This document shows, one piece after another, positions 48,020 to 58,419 of a DNA stretch of 64,000 nucleotides. The stretch's first letter is position 1; each line of letters begins with the position of its first letter. A model generated the notes under the pieces. The model made no database searches. It was given only the letters and a program-made list of their open reading frames with translations, and had not been told where the DNA came from. The translations under genes and the position numbers were made by a program. The DNA is taken from positions 32,001 to 96,000 of the forward strand of contig CAXWPH010000006.1 of assembly GCA_963666055.2 (NCBI GenBank), given 5' to 3'. The DNA comes from Acidobacteriota bacterium. GTDB lineage: Bacteria; Acidobacteriota; UBA890; WLXD01.

Positions 48020-49456
48020 TCAGATTTCGCCTGTCGGCGACAACAACGTGAACGAGGCACCCACGACGAACGTGACCGTCGCACCGAGCGGCGCCAACCA
48101 AGTCCACGCCAGAGCTGTCTGTTGCTGAGCGAAGAGCGCAGCGCCCACACCAACCAGCAGGGCAATCGCTACGTGCGCTTCGCGGACGCGCCAGGAGGTG
48201 CCGGCGAGCAGGAACACGCCCAGAACACCGCCGAACGTGATCGACGTGATCGTCAATCCGGCCTCCAGCACCGACCCCCACGCGCGCGCCACCGCTGCCA
48301 CCGCGGCCAGCGCCAACGCGGCCCCGGCGGTATACAACCTTGCGGTGCGCAGCGCGCTCGCCTCGACGCGCCGGCCCTGGCCGCGGCGTGTGAAGTCCAG
48401 GGTCGCGACCGAGGCGACCGAGCTCATCGACGACGAAAGCGTCGACATCGCGGCAGCAAACACGGCGGCTATCACCAGCCCGCCCACCCCGGCCGGCATC
48501 TGCTCGGCAATGAAGCGCGGGAACACGTGATCGTTGGTGGTAAACGGCGTCGACGGCGCGTGGATCTCGTAGAACACGAATAGCAGAGAGCCGAGAACCA
48601 AGAAGAGCGCTAATTGGGCCAGCACGAGCACACCGGACGCCACCACGGCGCGGCGCGCCTGCCGAGCTGAGCCGCAGGCCAGCAGACGCTGCACGAACAT
48701 CTGGTCGGTGCCGTGCGTGGCCATCGTCAGCGTGGCACCTCCAATCAGGCCGGCCCAGAACACATAGGGCGTCGACCAACTCCATGCGAAGTCGAACACC
48801 CGTAGCTTGGCGAGTGGCTCGAGTACGGCGTGCGCGCCAGCCCAACCCCCGGGAATGCGCCACAGAAGAAGAACGAGTGCCAGCACCGCACCGCCAAGGT
48901 AGACAATCAACTGAACGGCGTCGTTCCAAATCACCGCCCGCAACCCGCCACGCAGCGTATAAACAAGCGTTACCCCCGACACACCGACAATCGCCAGCCA
49001 CACCGGCATTGGCAGCAGCGCCTGCAGCACCAGCGCCGTGGCGAACAGCCTGACACCGTCTGCAAGGCAACGAGAAATCAGGAAGAGCATCGAGGTCAGG
49101 CGCTGAACAAGGGCGCCAAAACGCTGGCCCAGGAACTCGTACGCCGTCTCGATACGGCCGGCAAAGTAGGCCGGCACCAGCAACCACGCCACCAGCACGC
49201 GTCCGAGGACATATCCCAAGGCGACCTGCAAGAACGTCAGATCACCGCCGTAGGCAATCGCCGGAACACCCACGAAGGTGAGCGTCGATGTCTCGGTACC
49301 GACAATCGACAGACAGGTGCTCCACCAGGGCATCCGACGACCGGCGAGGAAGTAGTCCTCGACGGTTTGCTGACCGCGCCCGACGCGCTCGCCCAGCCAG
49401 AGGGTCAGCGCGAAGTAGGCGACAACGACAAGCCAATTAGTCGCCAGCGGCGTCAT
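48020..49456 (-). CDS. Sodium:solute symporter (amino-sugar type)
   Basis: DYFLAGR, TETSTLTF, HGTDQMFVQR, AAAMSTLSS. Confidence 0.92.
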   Translation of the reverse strand: MTPLATNWLVVVAYFALTLWLGERVGRGQQTVEDYFLAGRRMPWWSTCLSIVGTETSTLTFVGVPAIAYGGDLTFLQVALGYVLGRVLVAWLLVPAYFAGRIETAYEFLGQRFGALVQRLTSMLFLISRCLADGVRLFATALVLQALLPMPVWLAIVGVSGVTLVYTLRGGLRAVIWNDAVQLIVYLGGAVLALVLLLWRIPGGWAGAHAVLEPLAKLRVFDFAWSWSTPYVFWAGLIGGATLTMATHGTDQMFVQRLLACGSARQARRAVVASGVLVLAQLALFLVLGSLLFVFYEIHAPSTPFTTNDHVFPRFIAEQMPAGVGGLVIAAVFAAAMSTLSSSMSSVASVATLDFTRRGQGRRVEASALRTARLYTAGAALALAAVAAVARAWGSVLEAGLTITSITFGGVLGVFLLAGTSWRVREAHVAIALLVGVGAALFAQQQTALAWTWLAPLGATVTFVVGASFTLLSPTGEI

Positions 49457-52400
49457 GAAGCCCGGTCGATCGCCCGCACTACCTCGCGATGAAACTCAAC
49501 CCGTGCCTCGATATGCTGCTGGTTCTCACGCGTCGGGTGCACGCGGTTGGTCAGCAAGATGACGAACAAACCGCGCCTCGGATCGATCCACATCGAGGTT
49601 CCGGTGAAACCAGTGTGGCCGTACGCGCTGGCATTGAACATCGACCAGCGCTGGCTGCGGCGCGCCGTATCCCACCCGAGGGCACGACTGCTGTCCGCGA
49701 CGATGTCCTGCGGCTTCCGCCAGCGATCGATGGTCGACCGCAACAGCACCCGATGATGATCGTAGCTGCCCAGGTTCAGCATCATCTGCGCGTAAGTCGC
49801 CAGATCCCGAGCGGTCGAAAACAGTCCGGCGTGGGGCGCCACGCCGCCCATCGCGTAGGCGTTCTCGTCGTGCACGGCGCCACGCACCATCGCACCACGC
49901 CACCCATCGTATTCGGTCGGGGGGATTCGTTGATGCTCGGAGGCCGGCGGATTCCACATCGTGTCGTACATCTCCAGCGGCTCGAAGAGCTCGCGCCGAG
50001 CATACTCCGCGAAAGGCTCGCCGAGCGCTCGGCTAAGAATCTCTCCGAGCAACACGATGCCGAGGTCGGAATAAGCGTACCGACTGCCCGCCGGTGCTTC
50101 CAACTCGGTCGCGTAGATCCTCTCGAGCACCGCGGCTCGTACCGCGGAACCCGCATCGCCAGGCGCGTAGTCGCGGAAGAACTCCACATACGCAGGCAAT
50201 CCAGAGGTGTGCGTCAAGAGGTGGCGAATCGTGACCGCCGATTTGTCGGCACCCTGAAACTCCGGCACCAGAGCTTGTACCGGATAGTCGAGCCGCAGCA
50301 TGCCGCGCTCGACGGCGCGCATTGCCACGGGTGTCGTCGCCACAACCTTGGTAACAGAGGCAAGGTCGAAGAGCGCATCGACGGGCATCGGCGGGGCGCC
50401 ATCGTCGTAACTCATCTTGCCTACGGCGCCTAGTCCGACCAGTCGGCGTCGATGCCCGACAGCGTAGACTGCGCCCGGGAACGCGCCGGCATCCACCCAG
50501 CGTTGCAGGGCCGCCGCAGCGGCCGTCAGGTCCACCGCATCGGCGCGGGGCGCGTCGCCGGCCGGCGCTCCGTAGACAACGTCTGCGGGCGGCGCAAGCT
50601 TGGCGTCGATGGCAACGCGTTGCTCGCCGTACCCGACAGGGTAGAGGCCGGGTACCGAGACCGGCAGCTTGCCGGTGACGGAAATCTCGCCGGTGACGGC
50701 GCGGGCCACCGCGCGTTGCAGCGGATCACTCCATCCGTAGACCGTCAAGATCGTCGAGGCCTGCGGAAACGCGGCAACAGCATAGGGGCTGCCGAGCGCT
50801 GCCACGATCGTCGGCACCTGCAGGTCGGCGAGCATCGCAGCGTACAGAGCCTGACGTCGCGGCAACCTGATGCGGCCGGTGCTCGTGCGTATGCGCACGC
50901 GAACCGCCAGGATCAACACTTTCGCCTTCGACGCGGCGGTAACGATCTCGGCGACCTCATCGCCCCGAGTTCGCCCATCGATCGACCGCGACGTGACGTT
51001 GGCTAACGGTACGCGCAAGGCGCTCACCAGTGCCGATATTGGCGCCGGCTGATCGTTGTCCGACACTCCGACCACCATGACGTTGTTCCAATCGCGGGCG
51101 TCCAAAGGCAGCAGCCCATTACGATCGCGCAGCAGTGTCACCGTGCGGTCCGAAACCTCCTGGGCGCGTTTCTGGTCGGAGGCCGGCGCGAAGTTCTCCG
51201 GAAGCGTCGCCAGCGGGGACGCGACGGTACCCTCGCGGAGCCCCAGTCGCATCTTGGCGCGCAACACGCCGCGTACAGCGTCATCAAGACGATCCCGGCT
51301 GAGATCCCCACCTTCGACAGCTCGGACGAGCGCCGCGTGGACGGCACGCGGGTTGGGCGGCAACAACACCACATCGGCGCCCGCCACCATCGCCTCGACG
51401 GCTGCCTGACCGGCCCACCAACGCCGCGAGATGCCACCCATCTCCATGGCGTCGGTAACCACCAGACCGCGAAAGCCGAGCTGCGTCCGTAGAAGATCCG
51501 TCAGCACCGCGTACGACAACGTCGCTGGCAAACTGCTGTCGGCAGTTAAGGCGGGCACCGCTATGTGCGCGGTCATGATGCTGGCCACCCCGGCATCGAT
51601 TGCGGCCCGGAAAGGGGCCAGCTCCACCGCTTGCAGCCGGCGGTTGTCGTGGTCCATCACAGGCAACGCGGTGTGCGAGTCGACCGCCGTGTCGCCGTGC
51701 CCGGGAAAGTGCTTGGCGGTTGCCAGGACCCCGCCTTGCTGCGCTCCACGTACGAACGCCGCCACCATACCGCTGACGTGATCTGGATCCTCACCGAAGG
51801 CACGCACGTTGATCACCGGGTTGCGCGGGTTGACGTTGACGTCAGCCACCGGTGCGAAGATCCAGTGCACCCCCAGCGCACGAGCATCGCGCCCACTAGC
51901 ACGTCCCATCCACTCGGCCGCGTCCGGATCGTAGGTGGCCCCGACCGCCATGGCAGTTGGAAACGGCACGGCACCGTCGATGCGAAAATTCGCTCCCCAC
52001 TCGAAGTCGGCGGCCACGATGAGTGGCAGATGGCCGGCGGCAGCTGCAGCTTCCTGCAGATCGTGTAGCAGTGCCGCCGCCTCGTAAGCTTGCGACCGGA
52101 AGAGGATCACACCTCCCAGAGCGAGATCCCTCACTAGCGACACCAGCTCGCGCCGGGCATTGTCATCGGCCGCGTAATACTCGCCGAAAGCCCGCACCAT
52201 GAGTACCTGGCCGACGCGGTCCTCGAGGCTCATGTGGGCGAGCGTGGCGTCGATCTCCGCTTCGGCGGCAGGCGAAAGCGGCACCCGAGGATCGATGGAT
52301 GGTGGCGCCGGACGCTGCAGCAGCGCGACCTCGACCACGACCGGACCCGCCGGCGCGGTGCCGCCGGCGCTCGCCAGGAGTATCAGCACGAAGGCGAGAC

Positions 52401-52470
52401 CACCTGCTAGGCCATGCATTAGTGAGCTAAGATGTGCATCCTGGAGCCGAATCATGGATTCCTGCGACAT
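49453..52470 (-). CDS. nagZ: GH3 beta-N-acetylglucosaminidase fused to beta-lactamase-like serine hydrolase (NagZ-AmiE-like)
   Basis: ADFEWG, KHFPGHGDTAVDSH, VTDAMEM; LASVTK (SxxK), YSD, GHTGFTG; start may be further downstream. Confidence 0.9.
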   Translation of the reverse strand: MSQESMIRLQDAHLSSLMHGLAGGLAFVLILLASAGGTAPAGPVVVEVALLQRPAPPSIDPRVPLSPAAEAEIDATLAHMSLEDRVGQVLMVRAFGEYYAADDNARRELVSLVRDLALGGVILFRSQAYEAAALLHDLQEAAAAAGHLPLIVAADFEWGANFRIDGAVPFPTAMAVGATYDPDAAEWMGRASGRDARALGVHWIFAPVADVNVNPRNPVINVRAFGEDPDHVSGMVAAFVRGAQQGGVLATAKHFPGHGDTAVDSHTALPVMDHDNRRLQAVELAPFRAAIDAGVASIMTAHIAVPALTADSSLPATLSYAVLTDLLRTQLGFRGLVVTDAMEMGGISRRWWAGQAAVEAMVAGADVVLLPPNPRAVHAALVRAVEGGDLSRDRLDDAVRGVLRAKMRLGLREGTVASPLATLPENFAPASDQKRAQEVSDRTVTLLRDRNGLLPLDARDWNNVMVVGVSDNDQPAPISALVSALRVPLANVTSRSIDGRTRGDEVAEIVTAASKAKVLILAVRVRIRTSTGRIRLPRRQALYAAMLADLQVPTIVAALGSPYAVAAFPQASTILTVYGWSDPLQRAVARAVTGEISVTGKLPVSVPGLYPVGYGEQRVAIDAKLAPPADVVYGAPAGDAPRADAVDLTAAAAALQRWVDAGAFPGAVYAVGHRRRLVGLGAVGKMSYDDGAPPMPVDALFDLASVTKVVATTPVAMRAVERGMLRLDYPVQALVPEFQGADKSAVTIRHLLTHTSGLPAYVEFFRDYAPGDAGSAVRAAVLERIYATELEAPAGSRYAYSDLGIVLLGEILSRALGEPFAEYARRELFEPLEMYDTMWNPPASEHQRIPPTEYDGWRGAMVRGAVHDENAYAMGGVAPHAGLFSTARDLATYAQMMLNLGSYDHHRVLLRSTIDRWRKPQDIVADSSRALGWDTARRSQRWSMFNASAYGHTGFTGTSMWIDPRRGLFVILLTNRVHPTRENQQHIEARVEFHREVVRAIDRAS

Positions 52471-52485
52471 GGCAGCAGCGTTGAC

Positions 52486-53751
52486 ATGAGTGTACGGCCC
52501 GCCACCGGCGGCAACAAACCCCGTGGTCGCAGCCAGCAGCTGTGGATAGGCGTGCTGGCGCTAGCCAGCCTGGCGATCACCAGCCCCACCGCATCGACTC
52601 TGCCCCCCGTGGCCGCTGCAGCTCCGGTAAGACCCGGGATCGACGTTTGGCGGGCTGCGGGCTTCCACCCACTGGCGGGAAAACGCGTCGGGCTAGTTAC
52701 CAACGACACGGGCCGCACCAGCGGAGGTGCCCTGACCGCCATCGTTCTATCCAACTCACCGGCAATCGAATTGGCCGCAATATTCAGTCCGGAACATGGG
52801 TTTGCCGCCGCCCTCGAGGGTGACGTCGCTGATTCCTTCGACTCGGCTACCGGCCTCCCGATCCACAGCCTCTACGGAGACACCCAGCGCCCCACAGCCG
52901 AGATGCTGAGCGGCCTGGAGGGGTTGGTCTTCGATATCCAGGACGTCGGCACGCGTTTTTACACCTACGCTACGACGCTCGCGTATTGCATGGAGGAGGC
53001 AGCACGCCTCGGACTCCCCATCGTCGTCCTGGACCGCCCAAATCCCATTGGTGGCGTGGCGATCAGCGGGCCTGTGCTTGATGAATCGCTGTTGGCGTTC
53101 GTCGGCTACGCACCGATACCGACCCGGCACGGTATGACGATCGGCGAGCTAGCCGGCTACTTCAACGACGAGCGTGGCATCGACGCGGAGCTGACGGTGG
53201 TCCGCGCCGAGGGCTGGCAACGTAGCATGTGGTACGATCAGACGGGCTTGTTGTGGCGCAACCCGTCGCCCAACATTCGCAACCTCACCCAAGCTTTGCT
53301 GTACCCGGCTCTCGGCCCGCTGGAATGGACCAATATCTCTGTAGGTCGCGGCACCGACACCCCATTCGAATGGTTCGGTGCCCCCTGGATCAACGCTCGG
53401 GAGCTCGCCATGGCGCTCAACGCCGCCGCACTCCCCGGGCTCCGATTCATACCTCGACATCTGACTCCGGCGGCCTCGGTGTACGCTGGCGAGGAATGCG
53501 CTGGCGTCGACCTGATGGTGGTCGACCGCGAAGCATTCGATGCCGGACTGACCGCGGCGACGCTCGCGATTACGCTCGAGCGCCTTCACGCCGACTCGTG
53601 GGAGCGCAGTCGACTCACGACCCTGTGGGGTGATCCGGCGATACACGAACAGCTCCGGTCGGGAATAGACGCTCGCGCCGTGACCACCAGCTGGTCGCCG
53701 GCATTACAAGAATTCCGCCGCATCCGGGACCGTTACCTGCTCTACGATTGA
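52486..53751 (+). CDS. namZ: Exo-beta-N-acetylmuramidase (DUF1343)
   Basis: RVGLVTN, FSPEHG, SLYG, FDIQDVGTRFYTY, LDRPNP, PSPN, SVGRGT. Confidence 0.92.
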   Translation: MSVRPATGGNKPRGRSQQLWIGVLALASLAITSPTASTLPPVAAAAPVRPGIDVWRAAGFHPLAGKRVGLVTNDTGRTSGGALTAIVLSNSPAIELAAIFSPEHGFAAALEGDVADSFDSATGLPIHSLYGDTQRPTAEMLSGLEGLVFDIQDVGTRFYTYATTLAYCMEEAARLGLPIVVLDRPNPIGGVAISGPVLDESLLAFVGYAPIPTRHGMTIGELAGYFNDERGIDAELTVVRAEGWQRSMWYDQTGLLWRNPSPNIRNLTQALLYPALGPLEWTNISVGRGTDTPFEWFGAPWINARELAMALNAAALPGLRFIPRHLTPAASVYAGEECAGVDLMVVDREAFDAGLTAATLAITLERLHADSWERSRLTTLWGDPAIHEQLRSGIDARAVTTSWSPALQEFRRIRDRYLLYD

Positions 53752-53755
53752 GTGC

Positions 53756-54199
53756 TCAGGTCGCCGAGGTCGAGGTGCTCTGACCATCGGGATGGCTCGG
53801 CCAGATAGTCCAGACTCCATGAGCGACGGCTACCACCCGATCACGGGCATCGACCACTTCGCCCTCGGCGAACGCCACGCGACGGCCGCGACGCGCAACG
53901 CGCCCACGCGCACAGAGGGGGCCGTGGCGGGCCGGGTCTCGAAACTGTACCGAGAGCTCGAGCGTGCCGCACCATTCCGATTCGCTCAGGGTTGACACCA
54001 CGGCCGCACCCAAGGCGGTGTCGAGCATCCCACACACGACACCTCCGTGGGCCACGCCGCGCCGATTGCAATGGGCTGCTACCAGCTCCAGCAGTACCTC
54101 CGACTCACCGTCGCGCGCCGCCTTCACGTCGAGGCCGAGGAGGGCATCAAACGGCGTCGATTTGCGCACCATCGGTTCGTTCATGGTCTTCCGTTGCAC
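53756..54199 (-). CDS. PaaI-family hotdog thioesterase
   Basis: NRRGVAHGGVVCGMLDTALG. Confidence 0.9.
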   Translation of the reverse strand: MQRKTMNEPMVRKSTPFDALLGLDVKAARDGESEVLLELVAAHCNRRGVAHGGVVCGMLDTALGAAVVSTLSESEWCGTLELSVQFRDPARHGPLCARGRVARRGRRVAFAEGEVVDARDRVVAVAHGVWTIWPSHPDGQSTSTSAT

Positions 54200-54248
54200 C
54201 TCCAGTCAAGAGAAGTGGGTTCCGGAGGCCCTCTCCTCCTATGCTAAT

Positions 54249-55187
54249 ATGGGTTTTCTGCGCGCACGATCTGCCGCGCCCCGGCCTTCGCAAACGCCAT
54301 CGGGAGCCGTCTTCTTGCCCTGGCCTCCTCCCCTGTCCGCGCGCTGGACCGCGATGGCGCTCTTCTTGTTCGCTCTCGCCCTCCATCTGTTCCTGGCGAT
54401 GGGTGGAACCATCGCCGGACTCGACTTCAAGCTTCTCATCGTGGTGGACGAGATCGGCGCAATCCTCGCCGCCCCGGTCTTGTTCGCACTGCTGCTCAGA
54501 CTGAACTTCCGCGACGCGTTCCTGCTGCGTTCCACGCATTGGATCCACTACGTGGTCGCTGGCGCCACTGCGATTCCCTTGCAGATGTTCGGCGGCGCTA
54601 CGCAGGAGCTGGTCCTCGAGTTGATACCCGGCGGCGACGACTGGCGCGAGTTACTGGAGCAGATGCTGGAACCGCTGTTGAAAACCGAAACCACTGGCGA
54701 GCTGGCGCTGCTGCTGTTCGGCGGAGTATTTCTGGCCGCGGTGTGCGAGGAGCTTCTCTTCCGTGGCCTGATGCTGCAACTGCTGGCTCGCGGTCGCCGC
54801 TGGGGTGTGCCGATTTTCATCACCGGGCTGTTGTTCGCGCTGTTCCACCTGGACATTATCGGGCTGCTGCCGCGCACACTTCTGGGCGTCTACTTCGGTA
54901 TTCTCGTGTGGCGCTCAGGCTCGATATTTCCAGCCATGTTGGCGCACGGCGCCAACAACTTGCTGGCATTCGCCGCCATCCCGTTACTCGAGACAACCGA
55001 AAGCCAAGCGCCGGAGTTCGGCGATGCAGGGCTACTGGCGCTGTTATCCGGAGCTGCTTTCCTGGCCATCCTGATCACCTACGTGCGGCTGACACCACTA
55101 CCGAGCTCGAGTGACTCCGCACCGGTCACGCCACCGGAACCGATCGCCACGAGCCCACCGGACGCCGAGCCGCGCGAGGGCTCTTGA
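54249..55187 (+). CDS. CPBP-family intramembrane protease
   Basis: EELLFRG, FALFH, AHGANN; multiple TM; start uncertain. Confidence 0.88.
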   Translation: MGFLRARSAAPRPSQTPSGAVFLPWPPPLSARWTAMALFLFALALHLFLAMGGTIAGLDFKLLIVVDEIGAILAAPVLFALLLRLNFRDAFLLRSTHWIHYVVAGATAIPLQMFGGATQELVLELIPGGDDWRELLEQMLEPLLKTETTGELALLLFGGVFLAAVCEELLFRGLMLQLLARGRRWGVPIFITGLLFALFHLDIIGLLPRTLLGVYFGILVWRSGSIFPAMLAHGANNLLAFAAIPLLETTESQAPEFGDAGLLALLSGAAFLAILITYVRLTPLPSSSDSAPVTPPEPIATSPPDAEPREGS

Positions 55188-55212
55188 TCGCGGTACTCTG
55201 CTGAACGGCCTG

Positions 55213-56235
55213 CTAGCGCAGCAACCGCGACCATGGGCAGCGGTCCTCGCCCGGACAGTACTCGCCGCACGGATCCGCGTGGATGGTCACGTCGGTACGC
55301 GGAATCGCAAGCTCGAGCTCCTGCTCCACGTGGTCAACGATGTGGTGCGAGGTCTCGAAGCTGATCGCCTTGCACAGCACCAAGTGCAGACTGACGATCT
55401 TCTGGCTTCCGGCACGACGTGTGCGCAGACCGTGATACGCCAGCACCTCGCCACCATGCTCATCCAGGACGCTGACAATCTCCTGTTGAACATCCTCCGG
55501 CAACTCGCGATCCAAGAGATCCTGGGCGGTGTCGATGATCAGCGCCCGCACCTGCCAAAGTACGAACACGGCGATCAGGATCGACACGAACGGATCGAAA
55601 TAGATGACGCCCGTCGTCGCCTGCAGAATGAGCGCAAGAATCACAGCGGCGTGACTGGTGAAATCCATCGAGTAGTGCAGCTGTTCGGTGGCGATTATCG
55701 GTGACTCGCTTCCGGCTCCACGCGAGCGGATGAGGCGCGAGAGCCCGAGGGCGACCAACGCCGAGATCAGCATCACGCCGACACCCAAGGCGGTACCGAC
55801 GACGGGCTCCGGAGAGCGCAGACGCTCGACCCCCTGAACGCCGATAAACACTGCCACACCGGCCAATATCAACGCCTGAATACCGCCAACCAGACTCTCG
55901 ACCTTGCCGTGCCCGAACGGGTGCTCGGTGTCCGGCGGCTCCTCCGCCTTCCGGGCTGAGAACCAGTTGAGCCCGGAGAGCGCCGCGTCGAGCATCGAGT
56001 CGAGGCCAGAGGCGAGAATCGCCAGGCTGTTGGTCCACCAGGCGGCGCCGAGCTTCAGCAGCACCAGCCCGAGCGCAGCGGCGACCGACAGCCGGAAGAT
56101 AGACGTCTTCACGGCAAGCTCCCGCACCCGCTGAGCTTCCATGACTCGAAGCGCGCGATCGTGTTCCGGAGCTCGGAAACGATCACGGGTGTCGGGACCT
56201 GGAGGCGACGGGGGCTGGCTTCGGTCGCGGGTCAT
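55213..56235 (-). CDS. Cation diffusion facilitator (FieF-like)
   Basis: ASGLDSMLD, PPDTEHPFGHGKVE, HYSMD, IHADP. Confidence 0.92.
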   Translation of the reverse strand: MTRDRSQPPSPPGPDTRDRFRAPEHDRALRVMEAQRVRELAVKTSIFRLSVAAALGLVLLKLGAAWWTNSLAILASGLDSMLDAALSGLNWFSARKAEEPPDTEHPFGHGKVESLVGGIQALILAGVAVFIGVQGVERLRSPEPVVGTALGVGVMLISALVALGLSRLIRSRGAGSESPIIATEQLHYSMDFTSHAAVILALILQATTGVIYFDPFVSILIAVFVLWQVRALIIDTAQDLLDRELPEDVQQEIVSVLDEHGGEVLAYHGLRTRRAGSQKIVSLHLVLCKAISFETSHHIVDHVEQELELAIPRTDVTIHADPCGEYCPGEDRCPWSRLLR

Positions 56236-56499
56236 GACGAGCGTCCGATACCCTCGACCTGACGCCAGCCCGAAGATGCGCCTTTCGGCATCGCTGCCTC
56301 TCGTTTCAGGGTTGGGCGGACACCGCCGACGCAGTCTCAACGCCCGGATCGCGGGCGTCAAGGAGTCTGGCGGCCCGACCAGGCGCGGCCGAGCGCGGGG
56401 TCAACGGTGGATCATCGAGCATGCGAAAATATGCCGTGCACGGTGCGACCGACGCCCACCGAGTGTCTATTTGCCGCTCTCCGGAACTACGAGATCTCG

Positions 56500-57138
56500 A
56501 TGCTAGGACGTAGTGTACTCGTGCTGGCGATGTTGATCGTCGCACCTGCCGCATTTGGCCAGGACAGACCGAGCAGTACGGCGGGAATACCGCCGACACC
56601 GGACGTCGATCAGCCCGCCAACCCAACACTCAAACGGACACGCTGGGCGGTGGGTGCCAGCCATGGCATCGGCGTGGAGATCAACTCTTCGCGTGAGATC
56701 GATATCAGCTCGCTTTGGGTTCGCCTTTCACAGATCATCGGAGACCAGGATTCGGTCGCTGGTGCGAAGACCTTCCTCGGTGGGCAGCCGGCAATAGCCG
56801 TCGAGCTGATACCGCTCAGTTACTTTCGACAATCCCCTAGCGCCTGGGGAGCCGGCCTGAACGTCCTCTACGAGCACCGGCTGCGACCTACGGAGTCTGT
56901 CAGGCCGATCATTCGGGCCGGCGCCGGTACGGTGTACACAACGGAAAGGGTGCCGCCCGGCGAAACACGCTACAACTTCTCGCTGTTCGTCGGCGCGGGG
57001 ATCGAATTCGCGACCTTCGACGACAAGGCGATCCAGATCGACTACCGACTCCATCACATCTCCAACGCTGACTCCGGAGCAGAGAACCCCGGGATCAACG
57101 CACACACCGTGGTGGTGGGGTTGGCCTGGGGCTTTTGA
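56500..57138 (+). CDS. PagL-like lipid A 3-O-deacylase / acyloxyacyl hydrolase beta-barrel
   Basis: Signal peptide; YNF, YRLHHISNA, NPGIN, terminal Phe. Confidence 0.82.
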   Translation: MLGRSVLVLAMLIVAPAAFGQDRPSSTAGIPPTPDVDQPANPTLKRTRWAVGASHGIGVEINSSREIDISSLWVRLSQIIGDQDSVAGAKTFLGGQPAIAVELIPLSYFRQSPSAWGAGLNVLYEHRLRPTESVRPIIRAGAGTVYTTERVPPGETRYNFSLFVGAGIEFATFDDKAIQIDYRLHHISNADSGAENPGINAHTVVVGLAWGF

Positions 57139-57139
57139 C

Positions 57140-58141
57140 TCACTGCCCCGAAACAAGTGGCCGCGCCGTGGGCGCGGCCTCGGTCGTAGCGCCGCGGGCA
57201 CCAGCGCGGGCCGCATCCAGCGCTTCACGGCCGGTGTATTGGGGTCGGATCCCGAAATGGGTCTTGAGTCGGGTGTTGTCGAGGATCGGCAACCCGGACG
57301 AGAAGCGCAGCTGACGCGCCGGCGACGGTGCCCGCCTGAACAACCACGCAGCCCACGCTAGACCCCAGGCCACTCCCCCGGGAAGTACCGCGCTGGGTCG
57401 CGACAGGGCCCGGCACACCTCAGAAAGGCGCAGCAGGCCGTCGGCGGCCACGTTGTAGGTGCCACCGTGCCGCTCCTGCACTGCCCGCCAGAGAACGTCT
57501 GCGGCGTCGTCCTCGTGAAGAAACTGCAGCATCGGGTCGCGGCGCAGACGTGGGACCAACGGCGTGCGCAGCAGCTCTTCGATGACCCTCACGTTGCGGG
57601 GCCCTATGGTTGTAGCCACGCGGAACACGTAGACGTTCGTCCGACCGTGTACCCCGGCGAACTCACGCACAGCGCGATCTATTGCCGTCTGGTCGTTGGC
57701 CCCTACTGCGGCATCGAGCGCATCGGTCTCCAACCAAGGGCGCCCGTTCGACGACGGTTGCGGGTATGCCGCCGCGCTCCCCCAGTGGATCAGCAGTGGT
57801 ACGCGCACGCTCGCCGCAGCGCGCATCGCGGTATTGGCAAGAGCGAGCCGTCCAGAGCAGTCGAGCGAGTCGGCGCAGAAGTTGACCAGGCACTGTGGTC
57901 GATGCTCGCGTACGGCCGTAGCGACTCCACGCCGGTCTCGGCGTATCTGAAAAACAGCTTCACCCGGCCACCCGGGCGGCTCCTCGGCGCCCACCCCGAC
58001 GGCGTCACCGCCCGCCCCCAGGATCCGCTCTGCGACAAGACCCGCCACCGTATCAAGCGACCCGAACATCATCACCGGGCCTGGTCTGCTGCTGGACTCG
58101 GTCGAGTCCACTGGTGGCTCGGGCCGGAAGCGAGCTGACAC
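57140..58141 (-). CDS. NAD-dependent epimerase/dehydratase-like protein with degenerate motifs
   Basis: GSAAAY, FRVATTIGP, QFLHEDDAA, GTYNVAADG; start uncertain. Confidence 0.75.
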   Translation of the reverse strand: MSARFRPEPPVDSTESSSRPGPVMMFGSLDTVAGLVAERILGAGGDAVGVGAEEPPGWPGEAVFQIRRDRRGVATAVREHRPQCLVNFCADSLDCSGRLALANTAMRAAASVRVPLLIHWGSAAAYPQPSSNGRPWLETDALDAAVGANDQTAIDRAVREFAGVHGRTNVYVFRVATTIGPRNVRVIEELLRTPLVPRLRRDPMLQFLHEDDAADVLWRAVQERHGGTYNVAADGLLRLSEVCRALSRPSAVLPGGVAWGLAWAAWLFRRAPSPARQLRFSSGLPILDNTRLKTHFGIRPQYTGREALDAARAGARGATTEAAPTARPLVSGQ

Positions 58142-58419
58142 TAGCAGGCCGTGGTGAAAGTGTGGTGGGTCTGGTTACGGCGAGTTGGGGCCAGATGCAA
58201 GGCGGCCTGACGCAGGCGATGCCCCGGCCATCGTCCAGGAAGGCCAACACCGCAAATGGCCCCAACTCGCCGTAACCCTTCGGGCGACAGGGGGTTGCGC
58301 GCGTAGGCTGCGTCGTTCCTCGTCAACGATGCGGTAACCATCGCCTCCTCCTCTCTCCTTGCCTGCACTTCGCAAGACCCTGTCGCCAGATCCACCACAC
58401 TTTCACCACGGCCTGCTAG
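58141..58419. mobile_element. Complete 279-bp MITE-like element bounded by CTAG
   Basis: Perfect 28-bp terminal IR CTAGCAGGCCGTGGTGAAAGTGTGGTGG; two internal hairpin arms; no transposase. Confidence 0.88.

Noticed and set aside
54249-55187. CPBP (Abi-named) protease as a phage-defence gene
   Set aside because: Common housekeeping-context membrane protease, host-like composition, far from the island
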